64,000 nt of DNA from assembly GCF_009914755.1 (NCBI RefSeq), contig NC_060934.1; one strand, written 5' to 3'. Below the pieces are notes generated by a model that saw nothing but the letters and a program-made list of their open reading frames with translations, had not been told where the DNA came from and searched no databases. Positions 58,394-64,000 of this stretch are shown piece after piece. Each line of letters opens with the position of its first letter. Within the stretch, counting starts at the first letter, position 1. This DNA comes from the human T2T-CHM13v2.0 reference genome, Homo sapiens. Made by a program: the position numbers and the translations under genes.

Positions 58394-58688
58394 TTTTTTT
58401 TTTTTTTTGAGATAGAGTCTCGCTCTGTTGCCCAGGCTGGAGTGCAGTGGCATGATCTCGGCTCACTGCAAGCTCCAGCTCCTGGGTTCACACCATTCTC
58501 CTGCCTCAGCCTCCTGAATAGCTGGGACCACAGGTGCCCGCCACCACGCCATCTAATTTTTTGTATTTTTAATAGAGACGTGGTTTCACTGTGTTAGCCA
58601 GGATGGTCTCGATCTCCTGACCTCATGATTTGCCCACCTTGGCCTCCTAAAGTGCTGAGATGACAAGTGTGAGCCACCATGCCTGGCC
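58394..58688 (-). mobile_element. AluY (older, CpG-decayed)
   Basis: GCAAGCTCC, TTCACACCATTCTCC, TGTGTTAGCCAGGATGG diagnostics; TSD CACAAAGAATTTTT. Confidence 0.93.
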
Positions 58689-58967
58689 CACAAAGAATTT
58701 TTACATGCTCTCTAGTGGGAATATTTCTCTGGATATCTATTAACCAATATTTCCAGAAACAGAAACATAATTTGATATTAAGAATAAACTATCTTATGCA
58801 TGAGAAAACTATTAAATCCACCACGTTTGCTCTTCAAGTAGCTGTGATTAAAATATATATATAGAAGTTGACTGGCACACAATGAACAAATATATATATA
58901 TATATATAACATATACATTTAAAAATATATTTATTTAATTGAAATTAAAATATTTAATATAAACATA

Positions 58968-59069
58968 TGGCTCATGGAATAGATTTAATTATATATAATA
59001 AGTACATATATAATATGAATATAATAATTACTTGTTACATATATATAATTAAATATATTCCATGGGCCA
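58968..59069. repeat. Inverted repeat, 30-bp arms with a 42-bp spacer
   Basis: 58968-58997 matches the reverse complement of 59040-59069 at 28/30. Confidence 0.92.
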
Positions 59070-59374
59070 AAGAATGCAAATAGAATGTTATCAAAGTATT
59101 TATGATGTTGGATTTAATTCTAAAATTAATCCTTTTTATAAGTTCCTAAAATTCATCAGAATATAGATAGGTAGATATATGCGTATGTCTATATATACTT
59201 CTTTAAACATTTAAATACTAATAAATCCATGAAATCATAGAAAATATAACACCAGCAAATATAAAAAATAGGAAAATTCCTGCAAAACAAAATTATATAA
59301 TTTTATCTGTTGGAAAAAATGACAACCAAAAATACAAGTATATTAAGAGCATTTTGAAAAGTGAGTTATATAAT

Positions 59375-60290
59375 AATCTATAATAATTATAATTGGGTTT
59401 CATATTTCTTCCTTCAATTATGTTAGTATTTTCTTCAGATGTTTCGCAGCTCCATGGTTCAGTGTGTATATGTTTATAATTGCTATATCTTATTAATAGA
59501 TTGACCCTTTTATCATAACAAAATGTTTTTCTTTGTCTATAGTAACTTTTGTTCTTAAAGTATATTTTACCTAATATTAACGTTGCTACTTTTAGATCTC
59601 TTTGAGTACTTTTTGCATGGAAATCTGCTTCCATCTTTGATTTTCAACATATCAGTGTCTTTTAAAATGAGTCTCTTATAGACAGTATATAGTGGAATCA
59701 TGTTTCTTACATCCATTCCAATATGTGCCTTTTAATTAAAAAGTTTAATCAATTTATATTTAATGTAATTACTGATAGTGATGGGCTCACTTCTGCTATT
59801 TTGTTATTTTTCATTTATATATCTTATAAATTTTGGATTACAAATACTTTACTGCTTTCTATAGTATTAAACAGATATTTTACTTTATAACATTTTATTA
59901 CAGTCTTTTTTCATAAATACACATACACATATGTATATGTGCATATATATATATGTGTGTGTGTGTATGTAATTTTCTTAGTGGTTGCCCTTTAGACAAC
60001 ATCTTAATTTATAGCAATCTAGTTTAAATTAATACTAATAATTTTCATAATATAAAATATTGTGCTCCTATGTATTTTTGTCCTCCTCCACCTTTATGCT
60101 GTATGGTCACAGATTATGCCTTTGTTCATTGTGTGCCAATCAACTTCCATTTATAATTATTGCTTTAAACAAATTTTAAAATATCAGATGGAAAATGAGT
60201 TACAAACAAAAAGTACCTTTAGAGTATGAATGTACAAAAAGTACTTTTTGTATTTGAAATCCAAAGTATATAATTACTTTTACCAGTAAT
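59375..60290 (-). mobile_element. Old L1M (endonuclease/inter-ORF region)
   Basis: Minus ORF FHAKSTQRDLKVATLILGKIYFK resembles the L1 endonuclease; ATTGACCCTTTTATCAT, GAGTCTCTTATAGACAG, TTTAATGTAATTACTGATA. Confidence 0.7.
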
Positions 60291-60638
60291 CTTGGATAAA
60301 AACAATTTAAGAAAATACAATTATAGGACTATTTTGCTAATGATCATATATGCAAAATTCTTAAACAGTGGTAAATAAAATTCATTCAATATAGAATAGA
60401 GAAATATCTACTGACACAAAGTAGTTCAATAAATGACCATACTGATAGTACAATTCTATGGGGAGAAATACTCTAGTTAACAAATTTTATTGGGAAAATT
60501 TTTCAGTCATATTATTTTCACTCATAGCATTTAAAAAAAAATTAAAGTTAAGAAATGGCCAATAGGCGTAAAAAGAAATTTCATATAAAACATCAATATA
60601 TCCAAATATGCTCTGTGGTCAATTTTATTAGTTACCAG

Positions 60639-61324
60639 TGATAAATAAAAGTCAGATACTAAGCCCACCAACAGATGAAACAGTCCTTCTCCTGGCCAAA
60701 GGGACCCGAGGGAAACCTTGAAAACCGAGTTCCTATCCATGACAGGCTGTGAAGTCAGACTGCCTCCTTATACCCTCTCCGTCATTAACTGCCATTAGGC
60801 TTTCTTCCCTAAGGACTAAACAGAAACCAGCCCTTTCAAAAGACTCCACCACTCCTATCAACCAACCATCTGACACTACTTCTTTATTTTCTGATAAGAG
60901 ATCACTGACCATGGAATGGTTCTGGCCATCCTACTGAGAATATGCAGCGAGGGTTTTCATGTCCTCTACATTACCTTTTGACATCAGAGGGCTGAATACT
61001 CCACCCTTGGATCATGCTAATGCTGCCATTGTTTGTACATGGGACCCATGAAGAGGCATGGAGCTAATTACAAATGTGTATGTTTCTCCTCTCATAAATA
61101 TTCATGACTCTTCCTGTAGCTTATTCAATATGTATATTAAGTCACCCTGCTCAGCTTAAATTTCTTTTCCCTTTGATCCTACCTCCAACTGTCTTGTTTC
61201 TGGCTTCTGGCCAAAGGTTATGCTTCCTAGCCTGTCAGAATGGCCACCCTGCAGGCTTCAACAATTTATGAGAAATAAAGTTCTCCTTTCTAAATTTATT
61301 AACATCATAATTCTTCAGATGACA
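60639..61324 (+). mobile_element. ERV1 solo LTR (MER39/MER83-like)
   Basis: TG..CA termini, perfect 4-bp TSD CCAG, MER4-group-like 5' end (CTAAGCCC..TGGCCAAAGGGACCC), AATAAA near the 3' end; exact family uncertain. Confidence 0.85.
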
Positions 61325-61506
61325 CCAGGTAAATGTAAAAAAAGATGTGTGTGTATTTTCCCATCAGGTTGGAAAAAGATATAAAATAACATGGTGCCAG
61401 TTAGTGTGGCTATCAATGTATACTCCCATACATAGTTGGTAGGAGTATAAATTATATTCACTTTATGTGTATGAAGAATAAAATCATGATAACATGAAAG
61501 TATATA

Positions 61507-61840
61507 CAGCCAGTCTTCTTTATTCATGAGTTCTGTTTCCATGGATTCAACCAATCACACATTGAAGAAATTTGAAAAAAATTAACAATTACATCTGTTC
61601 TGAACATGTACAGACTTGTCATTGTTTCCTAAATATTATAGTACAAGTTATTTACATAGCACTTACATTATATTAAATATTATAAGTAATCTAGAAATGA
61701 GTGAAGTATATAGGAGAATGTGTATAGGTTACATGCAAATACTACATCATTTTATACCAGAAACTTGAGCATTCATTCATGAATTTTGGTACCTGTATGA
61801 GGTCCTGAAATGATTCTTCATGGATACAGAGAGAAAACTG
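61507..61840. mobile_element. MER2 (TcMar-Tigger)
   Basis: TA-CAG..CATGGATTCAACCAA, TATTTACATAGCA, TATAAGTAATCTAGA, CATGGATACAGAG..ACTG-TA. Confidence 0.88.
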
Positions 61841-62958
61841 TATGTCCATATGTAAAATCATGATAACATGAAAGTGTATATAGCCAGTCTTATTTATTCA
61901 TGAGTTCTGTTTCCATAGAGTCAATCACACGTGTGTGTGTGTGTATATATATATATAATGTATATATGAGATATGAACATACAAGTGGTATGAAAAATGT
62001 TTGACAAAATACATATTTCATGCAGACACACATGCACCTTATGCCACACAATGTAAATGTAAAGTAAGGTTTACTGGGGAAAGCTGATAGGTGGAGGGTC
62101 CCAAAGGGCAGTGTATCTAGCTCTGTCATTGATGTCTCATGGGCAGGGACCCAGGAGAGGCAACTTGTCCCCTAAACCTCTCTATTTTTTAAAAAGTTGA
62201 AAGGGGTTGCTTGATACATCTAGTCAAATAATAGAACACAATGAAAGTTCCCCAGTGAATAACTGGTCTCATTACAAACAGGGAATCTCTGGAGCTCACT
62301 TGTTGATGTAAACATCAACTTTTGGGGCTGGCCAAGAGCTGCTGAGCTGAATAAACACCATGAAGATGGTGGAAACAAGCCTCTAGGGCTACTCAGATCT
62401 ATCTCTACTCACACCAAATGAAAACAGGCATTTTTGGAGAAAAGTGAGGGATAACTTGTGTGGAAGTATTTGAAAATGAACTTTCACTTGATACATTGTG
62501 TATTCTCTGTGGCTGAATTTGTTTACCAGAAGAAAGAAATCAATCTGTCACTGTGTCGTTCCAAATTAACACAAAATAAGACATTGCTCTTGCCTTCGAG
62601 TGGTGGGAGTGATGAAAGCATGCTGTTCTTTCTAATGAGAAATGGCATGAGTTTAAATGTGTTCTAAATTTCTGGATAAATAAGCAATGTTTATATCTGA
62701 GGAAATGCATAAAAAATAAATAAAACACTTTTCTCTGGGTACAATACATGGGTTTTTTGGTGCTTTCAGCTAAAATTTAGCAAAAATCCTACAAAACTCC
62801 AGTTTAGTTCTTAAGAGTGCAATCATAGTCATTGTGTTAATAGGCCAGGCCTTTTGTAGCTGTTTTGTCCTACAAATAAATTTATGCTGTATTTTTGACT
62901 TCTTGCCAATGGAAACTCATAGCAGCTGGGAGAAGATGACAGAAAATAGCCCCTAAGC

Positions 62959-63117
62959 AGATAAGCAAGCCAATGATTTTTTCCATCTGACCACAAACAC
63001 TTGACGGAAGCGTTTATTAAATCTGGCAGGATGTAAAGCCTTTACTGGCTTTTATTGAAAGTTGCATGTAAAGTGAAATATTTGCAAACACAGATCCATT
63101 TTTTCATACCTGTGGTT
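62959..63117. promoter_or_regulatory. Candidate enhancer motif cluster
   Basis: AGATAA 62959, CCAAT 62970, CATCTG 62984, ACCACA 62990, CGGAAG 63005, GCAAACA 63084, TGTGGTT 63111, in apparently unique DNA. Confidence 0.35.
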
Positions 63118-64000
63118 CAACAAACTAGGCACCTCCTGTTTTGGTCCTGCCACATTAGTATCCTGGTGAAGAAAAGCAATTTTTTCCTAACTTTTATCTT
63201 CTGAAAGAGAATCTAATTAATTTGTGATTGCAGCATTCATCTTACAGATATATTATCTGTGTTGCTTCATGAGCTCAGCAGCTGTGACAATGGACCTGCC
63301 ATCCTGCTCAGTAATTGGAGCATCTCAGGAATACAAGGCCCAACAAAAACCCCATAACAAGTACTGTTTTGCTGGAAATATTCAGACAAATAAATTATTC
63401 CCCAACCTTTACCTGGATCTCTGATCACAGTGTCAACTTCTTGTCCCCTTGTGTCCTACTGTGCTCTTTTTTTCCCTTTTACAGATGTTGATTTGCAAAT
63501 AAACCATTTATAAAAGAGAGGGGGATAGAAAAAATGTGTACTGGAGCAAGTGCAAGAGAGTGTCCCTTAATGATTCCATTTGCTGAAGCTCAAGCTTTGA
63601 AAGTAACAATTACATAACAGATGGGACATGGCTGATTGTTGAAAAACTGACACTTAACCTATTTCATCAATAAGTGGTTTAGCAATAAACAAAAATAGTA
63701 ATGATGTGCTGTGGTAAATGCTATTGCTAATTGCTCTGCTCTAATTACCCAGATAGAGCCACAATAAATAATTCGGTGTCTTTATTTTTTTCTGAAACTT
63801 TTCCAGCTGCCCTCCCTCTAGAAATTGTCTTCTCCCTCATTCTTGTTTATAGAAGTCTTACCTATCTTCCAAGCAATAGAGTCTCAAGAAAGCCAGCAGA
63901 ATTCTCAATCCCTGAGATGCATTCATTGGCCTTTGGTGTCGTGTACACCCTGTGACTACCATCATCACATCAGAAAATACAGCTGGATGACTAATTCCTT

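Overview
AT-rich, repeat-dense human or other hominoid genomic DNA, judged by a consensus-like AluY, HERV-H, MER11 and THE1; it is intergenic or deep intronic. I recognise no host protein-coding gene. The long ORFs come from L1, Alu or HERV-H, and the rest look like chance ORFs. Main contents: a 5.9-kb two-LTR HERV-H provirus (44865-50723), a U6 snRNA/L1 chimeric retrocopy (52910-55429), two further L1PA insertions (one inverted, one with a possible 3' transduction), about 12 Alu elements, eight solo LTRs and several DNA-transposon fossils. The best second-look items are the U6/L1 chimera, a tRNA-Phe-like primer-binding site (PBS) and an ectopic second polypurine tract (PPT) in the HERV-H, candidate LTR-driven spliced transcripts, a candidate 24-nt minus-strand microexon, a GATA/E-box/RUNX/ETS motif cluster and several templated duplications and hairpins. 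I found no evidence of a wholly new biological system. Subfamily names come from remembered consensus sequences and need confirmation with RepeatMasker/Dfam. TSD = target-site duplication.
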